From Lama glama (lineage: Eukaryota), in assembly GCA_028534125.1 (NCBI GenBank), contig CM052817.1, positions 63,862,001 through 63,926,000 of the forward strand: a stretch of 64,000 nt of DNA. The letters run 5' to 3'. The stretch's first letter is position 1; each line of letters opens with the position of its first letter. Shown here piece by piece: positions 13,860 to 26,360 of the stretch. A program made the position numbers and the translations under genes. Below the pieces are notes generated by a model, which was given only the letters and a program-made list of their open reading frames with translations, made no database searches and was not told where the DNA came from.

Positions 13860-16800
13860 TTCCATTTAAAATCAAAGGTGCACTCTTAAGAAATAAAGCT
13901 TTATCAAAGCAGGCAACTGAAGAAGTAACATACCCAAATATTAGCAACTGATAATAATGAATATGTTGTTATTTTGTGGCAATAATTAACCTATTGCTTT
14001 GTATGTATATTTCCTTTGGGTATTATCTGTCCCATCTGAAACTCAAAAATATATCTTTCTCTTATTCATTTTCTTATAATAAAGAGAAAAATACCTTATG
14101 GGATAGGAAAAGAACATAAAAATTCTCATGCACTTCATTATTCAGTCTTGTTTTTTTAATGAAGAGGATTATCTTCTGCACTGGAATTACATAAACCTCT
14201 GAAGGAATAATAAACTTAATAATAAAACAATATTTCATTTGAATGAAAAGAAAAATAAACTTAACCACAAAACCAGAGAAAAACTTAAGTAAGCTCCATG
14301 AGACCAGAGACTTTCATATCTGTGCTTTTCACTAGAACAGTATTTCCCCAACACTAGCTACCTGGTATGCAGTGGAGATCTCCTCTACCTGAACTACCTT
14401 CCTACTCCCATGGTCCCCACCCTGTGCTCCTCACTACAGAGGTTATTTAGATAACTCCAATCAGGTGTCAAGTTTTCTGTAAAATTTTCTCTACCAATGC
14501 GTTTATCACACTTTATCATAATCTTCGTACAACAAAATGCAGAGGTGTAATCATGGGTTTTGGAATCAGATAATAAGTGTTTAAGCCCCAACTTAGTTTT
14601 AGTAACTACAAAAATGTGGGCAAGTTACTTAAGAAAATTGAGCCCTATTTTTCTCTATATTAAAAAAAAAAATAGAACTCCAGAAGAGTGTGATTAGGAG
14701 GATTATTAAGAAAATACAACTGGTGGCAAAATTAAGTTTTTCATTTTTGGAGGTTTACAGCTCTACGTTTCTCCTCTGATCACAATATTCAGATACTACC
14801 TATTTACCTCCTCCCAGTCAGAGAGGAAAGCCAACTACATTCCTCAGTAGACTGCATGTGGCAGGGGTATCACATGACCGTGAGTATGACCTGTAAGGAA
14901 AGTATCAGTGAAAGACAATTCTTCTGGGAGAAGAATAAGTGTAATTCTACATAAAGAATTATAATAACTATTTACTTGGAACCACAGAAAAAAAAGACAC
15001 AAAAAAGGATCAAAATGTTCTTTTGGACTGAACCACTTTAATTAAAATGTCATTCATATGGAACCATTTGGTAACCAAAATATAGATTGCATTTAACATA
15101 GAAATACAAAATACAGCATCTTAAGTAAGGTAGAAGCTATTTCTCTTTCATTTTAAATAATTCTAGGGGTAGGAAATCCAGGAATGCTATCGATCTCCTC
15201 ACAGTTGTCAGAGATCTTAGTTCTTCCAATTCACTGCCCTGCAGTCCCTAGGTGAGGCACTTGTCCTCATTGTTCAAGAAATGGAAAAGAAAAGGTCACA
15301 TCCTCTCTTTTAAAGAAATTTCTCAAGAGTGAAGAAACTTATTGCAAGTGTCAGTAACATATAAGAAGACTATTTTACAAAGGAGAAAACTGGACTCAGA
15401 GTTAATATGTAAATTTAATTTATCATTCATTGGCAAGAACTTAATCATTGAAAACATCTAGCTACAAATGATGCATTATTGGTTCAAAAGAGTCAGGTTC
15501 TGCTAATAAGGAGATGGGGGAGAATAAATGTTAAGGGAGACGGATGGCAGTTTCTGCCACATATGTGTTAAGCATTTTTCTAAGTCCCCTAAAGTATACC
15601 ATTTATAAATATGGAAACCCAAGATGATGGGTCCTGGTATCAGTAACAGAAAGAATAAAAAATCAATGGAGAATAAAACAGAGAATCAAAAGAGGAAAAC
15701 AAAGCATGTATTTTTTTTCCTGTGTCAATAACAACAAAGTAGCTATTCAATTACATCAAGTATAAAGGTCTACCTGTTAGAAATTAAAATGTAGGGCACT
15801 TTGCAGAAACCTAAGTTCCTAAAAGTCCTACTTATGAAATTATGAAAGGTGAACCATATTCTAAAAGGTATGTTTTATGAATAAATTCATTTCTAAATAT
15901 TATTTGAAGTTATTTTTCACAATTTTTCTGTAATGTATATAATTCACAAATTCTTGCTATAATATTTATGTTACCTTGTTTCAAAAAGAAATTTAAGGTG
16001 GTAATTTCTTTCATAAAAATATTATCATCTTCTCTCAGAACACTCATTAATGAAAAAATAAAATGTAGTACAAATGCCCTTTGTACTACTTAGAAAACAG
16101 GCCATTCAAACCAAAGCAACTGTTTCTGATTCCTAGTTTCAACAAAATAAAATTTATTTTCTAAAATAATTTACTTTCTAAAGTAAGAATTCCCTCCTGT
16201 CTACTTTGGCTATAACTTCACCTTCTAGCTCCTCTCTTTCCTTATGATCATCTCCAAGAGCTCAACGTTTCTCTTCTTGGTTCATTTATCTCAGGATTCC
16301 CAGTTCACTGCTCTACTCAGTCTCAACCACATACGTTAGCTGCTGACTTACATGAGGTAATGCTTAATGTGATCCTCAGTCATCTCTATGCCTACTAGTT
16401 TACATGTCTGGATTGAAGTCTTCCTTGATCTAAATTAATGCTAGTTCAGGAAATTTGCACAGATTTTCCAATACTGGTATCCCTATTCAGAGGCCTAGAT
16501 CTCAAGAATAACAGTCAGCCTGGGACTAGGGAACAAAAGCAGCTCAGAGAAAGAGTAAGAAGTGGATCTCTGTATTGGTTTAAAAAACAAAATTGAAGTT
16601 CAGAGGCCAAGAAAAAATTCCCAAAAGTCACAAGATGTCATTTGCACTCTCAATTTTATGTTTTTCGACCATCCTGTGAATTTTTTATTCACATTTTTAA
16701 ATAAATGTGATTAGGAAATCACACCACACAAGCAGAAAATAAGAATATGGTATTTATTTTAAAAATCAGAAAAATATTCGGCTCAAGGTATAACCCAAAA

Positions 16801-18577
16801 GAAAATGCAGTTCTGATATACAGTTAAGTGACTGGAATAAAGTCTGATGATGATGATGACCCAGCAGCACAGAAGAAATGCTGTACCATTTTGCCAGTAA
16901 AACATAAAAGAAGGGTTTGTTACTAAATATCTCCTTCGAAGTAACTAATCTGCCCTTAAAATACTCTAAAGGAAATAAAAAGTCTATAGACCTACAATGT
17001 AAAAGAAAAAATTATAAATCCAGTCTATGAACACATAATCTTTCAAGGGATACAGTCAACTTTATGACAAAATCTCTCTTTCTTGTCCAACTGAAAAGAT
17101 CTTGGAGCATGTAGGTCTAGTTCTGTGTATACTCCATTAACCATCCAATATGAAATAGAAATATTTTTATAAAGCCATACTTAAATCTTCTTAATAAGAC
17201 TTACCATGTTCTTATCTCATTGCAATGGTTTGCACCATTGCCTTTTTTTTCAATTTTCCTAACAAACTGAACTGAATAATTGTTAAATTCTTTTAATGAG
17301 TCCTAAGGCCTAGCTGGAGTCTGGGATATTAGTATAGAAATTCTTCACTGATGTTTTTCATGCTAACCGTCCTTCCTAAGTTTTTCTAATGAAATCTCCT
17401 TTCCTTGTGCATTACTGAGATTGATTTCAGTTGCATATAACAGAAGAAACATATGCAGACTTAAATAATAAAGAAAATTATGGGCTTATATTACTGAAAA
17501 TCAAAAGCAATAGTTCTCACACTGTCTGTATTTTAGAATCACCTGGGGAGGTTTTTAAAAATGTCTTTCCCCAGATTCCAATTCCAGTGCCTCCCTCCCC
17601 AGAGATGATGTTTTAAATGGTCTTGAGTACTCCAGGTATACACACACACACACACACATATACACATGTGTGTGTGTATCTATACATACACATGTACACA
17701 CATATATACACATATATTATATAATTATTTTATAGGTTCCCAGATAATTTCCAAAGTGTACACAAGGTTAAATAGCACCACTTTAGAATATAAGACTGGG
17801 CTTCAGATGTGACTTAATCATGATTTCAAGTCTATGTCTCTCTGATTCTTTAAGCCCTGTTCTCTTCCATGTGTCAATTCCTTTTACAGGCAGGCTTTCT
17901 TCATCAGAGAATAATGGCTGCAGCCTTATCTCCAACTGTTATACAATCCAGAAAAAGAGAAAGTTGTTTTTTTATCTTCAACCACAGAACACAGTCCTAG
18001 GCTAGTCTCTGGGCCAGCTTAGTTTCAATTCCCACCTGAACCAATTACTGTGGCAAAAGAGATAGAATCATAATTATCATGATTAACCTAAATCAAGTAA
18101 CATAAAATGAACACAAAATTTTATGTCTCGAACCAATGAACACTATAACATTCTAACTGAAGCAAAAGTATCAATTACTCCTTAAGAAGGCCTATGTATC
18201 TCAGGACACATATGGAAAACAAAACAAAAAAGGCACGAGTAAACAAGTATTGAAAGTAAACAAGGAGAGACACTGCAGATGCTTGATTTGCAAAAAGCAC
18301 TACATAACTAGTTAGGGATGATGGAAAACTTTTTTAAAAATCTGTGGCGGATATGGCTCCAAATTAAAGCTACTAATCTGTTCTTAAATTACAACAGATG
18401 GTCACTAAATATAAATAAACCCATAGCTTTCTATTTATTCCTATGTGAAAATTATTAACTTAATTGAGAGGTGAATTTTAGGGGATTTAGCAATGCATTC
18501 CTCAGAACAAATGAAAGATTCTTGTATTTTATAGCCATTAAATAATGATATGCTTTATATCATTTTGTGATATAGTC

Positions 18578-18655
18578 GTTTAAAAATTTTTTCTTATTAA
18601 AGTATAGTAGGTTTACAATGTTGTGTTAGTTTCTGGTGTACAGCATAGTGATGCA

Positions 18656-18700
<45 letters not shown>

Positions 18701-18795
18701 CTTTCATATTCTTTTTCCTTATAAGCTATTTCAAGGTATCGACTATAGTTTCTGGTGCTATACAGTAGGACTTTGTTGTTTATCTATTTTATATA
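18578..18795 (-). mobile_element. L1 3' end with expanded (TA)n
   Basis: tttacaatgttgtgttagtttctggtgtacagcatagtga...gctatacagtagga; 13-bp TSD ttgtgatatagtc (18565-18577) / ttgtgatacagtc (18796-18808). Confidence 0.88.
18660..18697. repeat. (TA)n microsatellite
   Basis: About 19 TA units, read directly. Confidence 0.95.
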
Positions 18796-19758
18796 TTGTG
18801 ATACAGTCTTGATTGAAAAAAACAAAATACCAAAAGAGGTATTTTATTATTACTACAATGAAAGAAAAATTTACTGAAACATTAACAATTGCTACTTTTA
18901 GATGGTGGAACTATATAAACTTCTTTTGCTCTTTGTCCTTTAATATCCTCCAAAATTTCTTCAGTTATGTATTATTCCTATAAATAAAAAAACTAATAGA
19001 CCAATAGCTGTCTCAATTACAAAATCAGTGGAAATATTAAGGTAAATAAAACAATGGATCACCAAAACAAGAAGTGTGACAAGGAAATAGCAACCATCAA
19101 AAAGAAAAACAAATAAAAAAAAATAAGAAACCTACAGTTAAAAAATACAATTACTGAACTGAAAAATTCAGTAGAGTTTTAAATATAGACTCAATCATGT
19201 GGAAGAAAGAATCAGTAAACTGAAGGACAGGACACTGAACTCCACCTAGTCAGAGAAGTAAAAAGAAAATAGAAAGAAAAAGAGTGAAGAAAACCTACAG
19301 GAATTATGGGACACAATAAAAAAAAATATTCATATTGTGGGAATTCCAGAAATAAAGGCTGAAAAGTTCCCAAACCTGTGGAGAGAAAGGAACATCCAGA
19401 TCCATGAGGTCACAAGTTCCTCAAATAGGTTAAACCCACATAGGGCTATACCAAGAAACAATTTATAATTATCAACAAAGACAAAAAAGAGAATTTTAAG
19501 AGCAGCAAGAGAAAAGAGAGAAATTACATGTAAGGTGACCCTGTAAAATGACTAATAGATTTCTCATAGGAACTTCTCATGTCAGGAGAGAACGGAATGA
19601 CATATTCAAAATATTTAAAGATAACAACTTTGAACCAGAATTCTATACCTGATGAAGCTGTTCTTCAGAAATAAAGGAAGGATAAAGACTTTCCCTAACA
19701 AACAAAAGCTGAAGGAGCTCATAACCACCAGACTTGCCTTGTAAGAAATGCTAAAGGG

Positions 19759-19982
19759 TATTGCACAATACAGAGAATATAGTCAATATTTTGTAATAAC
19801 TGTAAAAGGAAAGTAAGACTTAAAATTGCATAAAAACTTTAAAAAGTAAAGGAAAACATTCAAAAGAATTTAGGGTGGCTACTGCTTGAGAATGAGGGCA
19901 GGGGACTGCTCTTTTATGAAAAGCCTTGAAATTTTGACTTCTTATCACTTTGAAAATAAATCTGTTTAATTTTAAAGGAGAC
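19759..19982 (+). mobile_element. 5'-truncated L1 3' tip plus ~135 bp extra downstream sequence, inserted in the host L1 ORF1 end
   Basis: 16-bp TSD aagaaatgctaaaggg (19743-19758) / aaaaaatgctgaaggg (19983-19998); L1 3'-end motif gagaatatagtcaatattttgtaataact; AATAAA at 19955. Confidence 0.75.
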
Positions 19983-21532
19983 AAAAAATGCTGAAGGGAG
20001 TTCTTTGGTGCAAGTAAAAGAATGATAATTAACATCATAAAAACACAAATAAGTAGTATAAATCTCACTGGTAACAGTAAATACATAGTCATAGGTAGAT
20101 TCTGCAACAAGGTAATGAAGATGCATAAATTCACAGCTCTAGTTTAAATTTAAGTGGTAAGAACGACCATAAATACAACTATCTGTTAATAGTAACACAA
20201 TATTAAAATGTGGGAGAAAAAGTAAAAGTGTAAAGTATATGAATTCCATTGAAGTTAACAGTTTAAAATAGGCTGATAGTTTAAAATATTTCACGTAAGC
20301 CTAATGATAACTACAGGGGAAAACCTTGTAGTTATTACACAAAAGAACACAATAAAGAAGTCAAAGTATACTGATACCAGAAGACATCAAAACACAAAAA
20401 AAGACAGCAAGATAAGAAACGAGTAACAATGGATCTACAAAACCACCAGAAAGCGTTAACAAAATGGCAATACTAAGTCCTTACCTATCAATAATTATTT
20501 TAATTGTATATGGATTAAATTCTCCAATCAAAAGACTGAATGGATTAAAAAAGAAAAACAAGATCCAACAATATGCTGTCTACAAGAGACTCACTTTAGC
20601 CTTAAAGACACAGAAACTAACAGTGAAAGGATAGAAAAGGATATTTCAAGCAAATGGTAACCAGAAAGAAAGCAGGCATAGCTATACTTATATTAGACAA
20701 AATAGATTTTAAACTAAAAATGGTAAAAAGAGAGAAGGTCATTATATATAAAGATCAACACAGCAAGAAGATAAAACAATTACAAATATTTATTCATCCA
20801 ACATTGGAGCACCTAAATATATAAAGCAAAAACTAACAGCTAAAATAAGAATACAGTAAAACAATAATAGTTGGGACTTTAATACCACAATTTCAATAAT
20901 GGATAGATCATCCAGACAGAGAAGCAATAATGGCAGTTGATCTGAACAACACTACAGACCAAATGGATCTAACAGCCGTAGACAGAACATTCTGTCCAAC
21001 AACAGAAGAATACACATTCTTCTCAAGTGCATACGAAACATTTTCTAGAATAGAGCATTTGTTAGGCACAAAACAAATCTTAGCAAATTCAAGAAGACTA
21101 AAATCATATCAAGCATCTTCTCTGACCACAATGGCATGAAACTGGAAATCAATAATAAGAAGAAAACTGAAATTTTAATGAACACATGGAAATTAAACAA
21201 TACTCTCCTGAACAACCAACAGATCAAAGAAATTAAAGGGGAAATTAAAAAATTTCTTGAGATCAATGAAATGTAAACACAACATACCAGCACTTCTAAA
21301 AGGAAAGTTTATAGGAATAAACTACATTAAGAAGATCCCAAATAAACAACCTAACTCTACATTTAAAGGAGCTAGAAAAATAAGAAAAAACTGAGCCCAA
21401 AGTTAGAAGAAAATAAATTACAAAGATTAGAGCAGAAATCAATGAACTAGACAATAAAAAATATATATAAAAGATTAACCAAACTAAAAGTTGATCCTTT
21501 GATATTTGGGATATACTTGAAGTAAGAATGTA

Positions 21533-21640
21533 CTATTTTGTTTTAATTTTATTTATTGTTAATGGTATCACTGGGGACTGAACCCAAGACCTCATGCATG
21601 ATAAGCATGCACTCTGCCACTGAGCTATACCTACCACCCC
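21533..21640 (-). mobile_element. tRNA-derived SINE (camelid vic-1-like) inside L1 ORF2
   Basis: Reverse complement reads GGTATAGCTCAGTGGCAGAGTGCATGCTTATCATGCATGAGGTCTTGGGTTCAGTCCCCAG (A and B boxes) followed by an A-rich tail. Confidence 0.85.
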
Positions 21641-23451
21641 AAATTAGTTCTTTGAAAAGATAAAATTGACAAACCTTTACCTAGACTAACCAAGGAAAAA
21701 AAGGAGAAAAGGACTCCAATCAACAAAATCATAAAAAGGAAACTTTACAACTGATACCACAGAAATTCAAAGGATCATGAGAGGCCTACTATAAACAACT
21801 GTACACCAACAAACTGCACAACCTAAGAGAAATGGGAAATTCGTAGAAACATACAACTTACCAAAACTGAATCAGTAAGAAATAAAACATTTGAATAGGC
21901 TAATTACTAGTAAAGAGATTGAATCAGTAATTTTAAATATCCAAAAACAGAAAAGCCTAGGACCAAACGCCTTCACTAGTGAATTTTACCAAATATTTAA
22001 AGAAGAATGAACAACAATCCTTCTCAAATTCTTCCAAAAACTGAAGAGGAGGGAATATTCCCAAACTCATTTTACAAGGCCAGCATTATCCTGATACTAA
22101 AACCAGAAAAGGTCAATACTAAAGAAGAAACATACACAAATTAATCAATATGAAATATCACATTAATAGAATGAAAAAAAAGAAATCATATGATCATCTC
22201 AATAGATGCCAAAAAAGCATTTGACAAAATTCAACATACATTTATCCGATAAAAGTCTTAACAAATTAGGCATAGAAGGAACATTATTTCAATATAATAA
22301 AGATCATGTATGGCAAGTCCACAGCTAACACCATACTCGGTAGTGAAATGATGAAAGCTTTTCTCTAAGATCGGGAACAAGACAAAGGTGCCCACTCTCA
22401 CTACTTCTATTCAACATAGTAGAGGAAGTTCTAGCTAAAGCAATCAGGCAAAAATAAGAAATAAAAGTATCAGAATTGGAAAGGAAGGAGCAAAGTTGTC
22501 TCTATTTGCAAATGACATGATTTTATATATAGAAAACTAAAGACTCAACCAAAAACTGTTAGAGATAATTTAAGTAAAGTTGCAAGCTATATTAACATAC
22601 AAAAATCAGTGCTGTTTCTATACACTAACAATAAAACATCTGAAAAGGAAATAAATAAATCAATACCATTTATAATAGCATCAAAAACAATAAATTAGAA
22701 ATAAATTCAATTAAGAAGATGAAAGATCTCTATGCTGAAAACTGCAAGGCATTGATGAAAGAAATTGAAGACACAACTAAATGGAAAGATATCTGTGTTC
22801 ATGAATTAAAAGAATTAACATTGTTAAAATGTCAATATTATCAAAAGCCATCTATAGATTCAATGAAATCCTTGTCAAGATTTACAGAAGTAGAAAAAAC
22901 ACTCCTAAAATTTATATGGAACCCTAAAAGACCCCGAATAGCCAAAGAAATCCTGAGAAAGAAGAACAAAGCAGAAGGTATCACACTTCTTGATTTCAAG
23001 CTTTACTATAAAGCAATAGCCATCAAAACAGTATGATACTGGCATTAAAACAAATAGACCAACAGAACAGAATCATGAGACTAGAAATAAACCCAAACAT
23101 ATAAGGTAAACTAATATTTGACAAGGGAGCCACGAGCCCTCAAGAGAGAGAAGACAGTCTTCAATAAATGGTACTGATATAATTAGATATTCACATGTAA
23201 AAGAATTAAACTGGACCTATATCTTACACTACTCACCAAAAAATTACACAAAATGGATTAAAGACTTAAACACAAGACATGAAACTCCCAGAAGAAAACA
23301 AAGGAACAAAGCTCCCTGACATGGGTCTTGATAATGATATTTTGGATATGACATCTAAAGCCCCAGCAACAAAATCAAAAATAAACAAATGGGACAACAT
23401 CAAACCAAAAAACTCCTGCACAGCAAAGGAAACTATCAACACAGTAAAGAC

Positions 23452-24827
23452 TGAGGCAAGTGGAGGCTTCAGGTGTAGGCTTCCCTAACCAATCGGAGCA
23501 GCAGCTGTTCAAGCTCAGTGCACTGTGAACTCCTGTGATAATCAGCCTACAGTAGCTTTATTTTCTACATCCTCGCACCTAAAGAAGAAAGAAAATGGCT
23601 TGTGCTGAGTATTCTTCCCATGTGCCAAGTCTAGAGGAGCTTGTTGGAGTTCTGCAGAAGGGGCTGAAGGAGAACTTTGCTGATGTCCAGGTCTCTATAG
23701 CTGATTGCCCTGATTTGACTAAGGAGCCATTTACCTTTCCTGTAAAAGGCATCTGTGGGAAAACTAGAATTACAGACGTAGGAGGTGTGCCTTTACTTAC
23801 TGCCTCTTGTAAATCAAAAAAAAGATTTATGATCTAAATAAGATCGCAAAAGAAATCCAGTTTCCTGGGGCTTTTATTCTTGGTGTGGAAGCAGGCCCAT
23901 TTCAGACTCTTGGATTCAATTCTGAGTTTATGCCAGTTATTCAAACAGAAAGTGAACACAAACCTCTTGTGAATGGAAGTCACTTTGCTCCTGTTAACCC
24001 TGCAGATAGAGGGTGCCTACTGGAGAAACATAGTGAGAAATATCATGACTTTGGGTTTGCACTACTGGCTAATCTATTTGCCAGTGAGGGCCAATCTGGA
24101 AAGGTCGTTGAGGTGCAGGACAAAAGAAGAATTGGAAAGCTTAACTTTGGGACTTGTATGAGACAGACTCTTGAAAAACATTATGGAGGTAAGCCTGTAG
24201 GGATGGGAGGTACTTTTGCAATTCAGAAGGGAAAAGTGAAGACTCACATTATGCCTGCAGAATTTTCTTCCTGCTCATTGAACTCTAATGAAGAGTTGAA
24301 TATGGTTGCATTTTCAAGAGATGAAGTCTCCTTTGGTTTGTCTGCCAGTTTCTGTCTCCAGAGACCCAGGGTTTGATTTGCAGTTGGAGCACACTCATTG
24401 TTTCAGTCATCATGGAGGAGGTGGACACTACCATTATGACACTACCCCAGATACAGTGGAATACCCTGGATACTTCTTACCTGCAGAGTTTCTCTATCGC
24501 ATTGAGCAACTAGAATAGACCCATTCATTTGGGTGAGATTAAATTAACTGATACTCACTTAGAAAAACAATCAACTGAGGGTGATTAACTCATTAATTGA
24601 TACTAATATAAAATCTAATAGAAATGATCTCACTACTTAACCCCTATTTTTTTGGCCTTTGAAATGCAGGGTATATTGACATTGCGCTCTGTATTATTTC
24701 ATAGATCTAACTGAAAGAGATCATTGGGAACAAAGATACATGATGGAGATGTTCGTTTTTTATTCTAAAGATCAGTGTTATGTTTATACCTTAAATATAA
24801 TAAACATTATCAAGAATTTTTAAAAAA
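23452..24827 (+). pseudogene. C11orf54: Processed pseudogene of C11orf54 (PTD012 ester hydrolase / BKGD), CDS remnant 23595-24542
   Basis: Intronless. ORFs 23595, 23885 and 24306 give MACAEYSSHVPSLEEL..., AGPFQTLGFNSEFMP and LEHTHCFSHHGGGGHYHYDTTPD. Frameshifts near 23793, 23822 and 24300; premature stops at 24516 and 24534; AATAAA at 24799-24804 followed by a short A tract; it interrupts an L1 ORF2. Confidence 0.95.
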
Positions 24828-25029
24828 TCAAAGTAAAAAGACAAACTACAGGATGGGAAAAACTATTTGCAAACCATATATTTGATAATAGATTAATATG
24901 CAAAACATATAAAGAACTCATAAAGCTCAATAGCAAAAATACAAATAACCCACTTTAAAAAGTGGGCAAGGGACCTGAATTTCTCCAAAGATATACAAAA
25001 GGCAAACAGGTACAGATGCAAGACAGTGG

Positions 25030-25915
25030 ATAGGGAAAGCCAGCTGTGAAAACTAAATAGGAGAGTTTCCGTTTCAGACAAAATGGAATAAGCACATGCC
25101 ACCCTAATCCTGCAAATTAAAATTAAAACCCTAGATCAAATATAGCTATTAGAAACCCTGAAAAGTAGAGAAAATAAAGTGGACTAAGAACCTCAGGACT
25201 CAAAGGAAGACCTGGTAGTTAACCCCCTAAGTGTTTTTCTTTTTTTCCCTCCTATACATCCTAGCCTAGACACAGTGCAGCTCATATCCTGAAAATGCCA
25301 ACTGACACGTGAAGGAAAAACAAGAAAGAAAAAAAAAAAAAAACAGCCTCAAGAAAAGCCTGTTCTCTCTAACCAAAGAACCAGGAAGAAGAAGTCCCTG
25401 TGGGACTTTTGACTATACTCATTCTACTTCAAAAGAATCTGCACCCTGCCTCTTCCCCATCTGATGTTGCAGGGAGACTGTCAGGCAGAGCCCTATGGAG
25501 CATCCACGCATGCACAAAAGAAATGATACCTCTCCCATGCCCCACTTGGTGCTGTAGAAACTATAGGGCAGAGACAGGCTTCAAATTGGCCACTGGGTAA
25601 CATACAAACAGGACAGAACAGAATCACATTACAAAGATTCTCCTCGAAAGGAAAAAAGAAAGCGTGCAGGGATAATGTATACATTTGAAGGAATAATTAC
25701 TAAAAATTCCTAAATCTGATCAAAGATAAAAACCAACAGATCCAAGAATGTCAAACAAGATAAACCCATGTAAATCTCTACCCAAACACATCATAATCAA
25801 ATTGCTAAAAACCAAAGACAAAAAAAGGAAATCTTGAAATAGATCAGAGGGAAATGATACATTATCATTGAAGGAACATCAATTCAAATAGGGACTGATT
25901 TTTCTCATCTGAAAG
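25030..25915 (+). mobile_element. Old L1 5'/ORF1 fragment
   Basis: cagatccaagaa, acacatcataatcaaattgctaaaaaccaaagac...aaatcttgaaa. Confidence 0.6.
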
Positions 25916-25929
25916 TTATCCATCTAGTT

Positions 25930-26360
25930 TCCTTTCTTTTCCTCAAAAATATAAAGTCTTTCCCTCCTCAGGGGTCTGATACTAAATGATCCTTCTGTCT
26001 GGTTCAGACTTCCTCAGCCTCTTCTCACCATTGGCTTCTTCTCATTCCTTAGATCCTAACTCAAACGTCATTTCATCAGAGAAACATTCTGGGAGATTTA
26101 ACTCACACCCAATCTCCGTCACTCTTCTCTTTCACAGTACTCTATTCTCTTACTGACTCACAACATCAACAACAACAAAAAGATCACATCATATAACTTT
26201 TTTGACTTAAGGCCTTTATTACTTCTGCACTAAAGTATTACTTCCATGAGAGCTAAAATCTACATCTTGTCTTGTCCACCTCTGTGTTCATACCACCTAG
26301 AATTACTCATGATAGACCCTTAATAAGTATATATTGAATGTCTGAATTAATGAATAAGCA
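25930..26360 (+). mobile_element. LINE-2 3' end
   Basis: ctcaaacgtcatttcatcagaga, cttccatgagagc, and a terminal aataagtatatattgaatg..tgaat motif. Confidence 0.6.

Larger units (their letters stand above)
19020..25015 (+). mobile_element. Decayed LINE-1 (3' part of ORF1, inter-ORF region, most of ORF2), truncated at both ends and interrupted by three insertions
   Basis: ORF2 start at 20464 (MAILSPYLSIIILIVYGLNSPIKR, endonuclease N-terminus); RT motif decayed to LFANDMI at ~22502; ORF fragments 20930, 22719 and 23279 are L1 ORF2-like; many stops and frameshifts. Confidence 0.95.

Noticed and set aside
22719..23036. 105-aa ORF as a host gene or active L1 protein
   Set aside because: Fragment of a decayed L1 ORF2 with a mutated RT motif and many stops.
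23885..24376. 163-aa ORF, the longest in the window, as a functional gene
   Set aside because: It is the middle fragment of the frameshifted C11orf54 retrocopy, with a GTG start and an out-of-frame tail.
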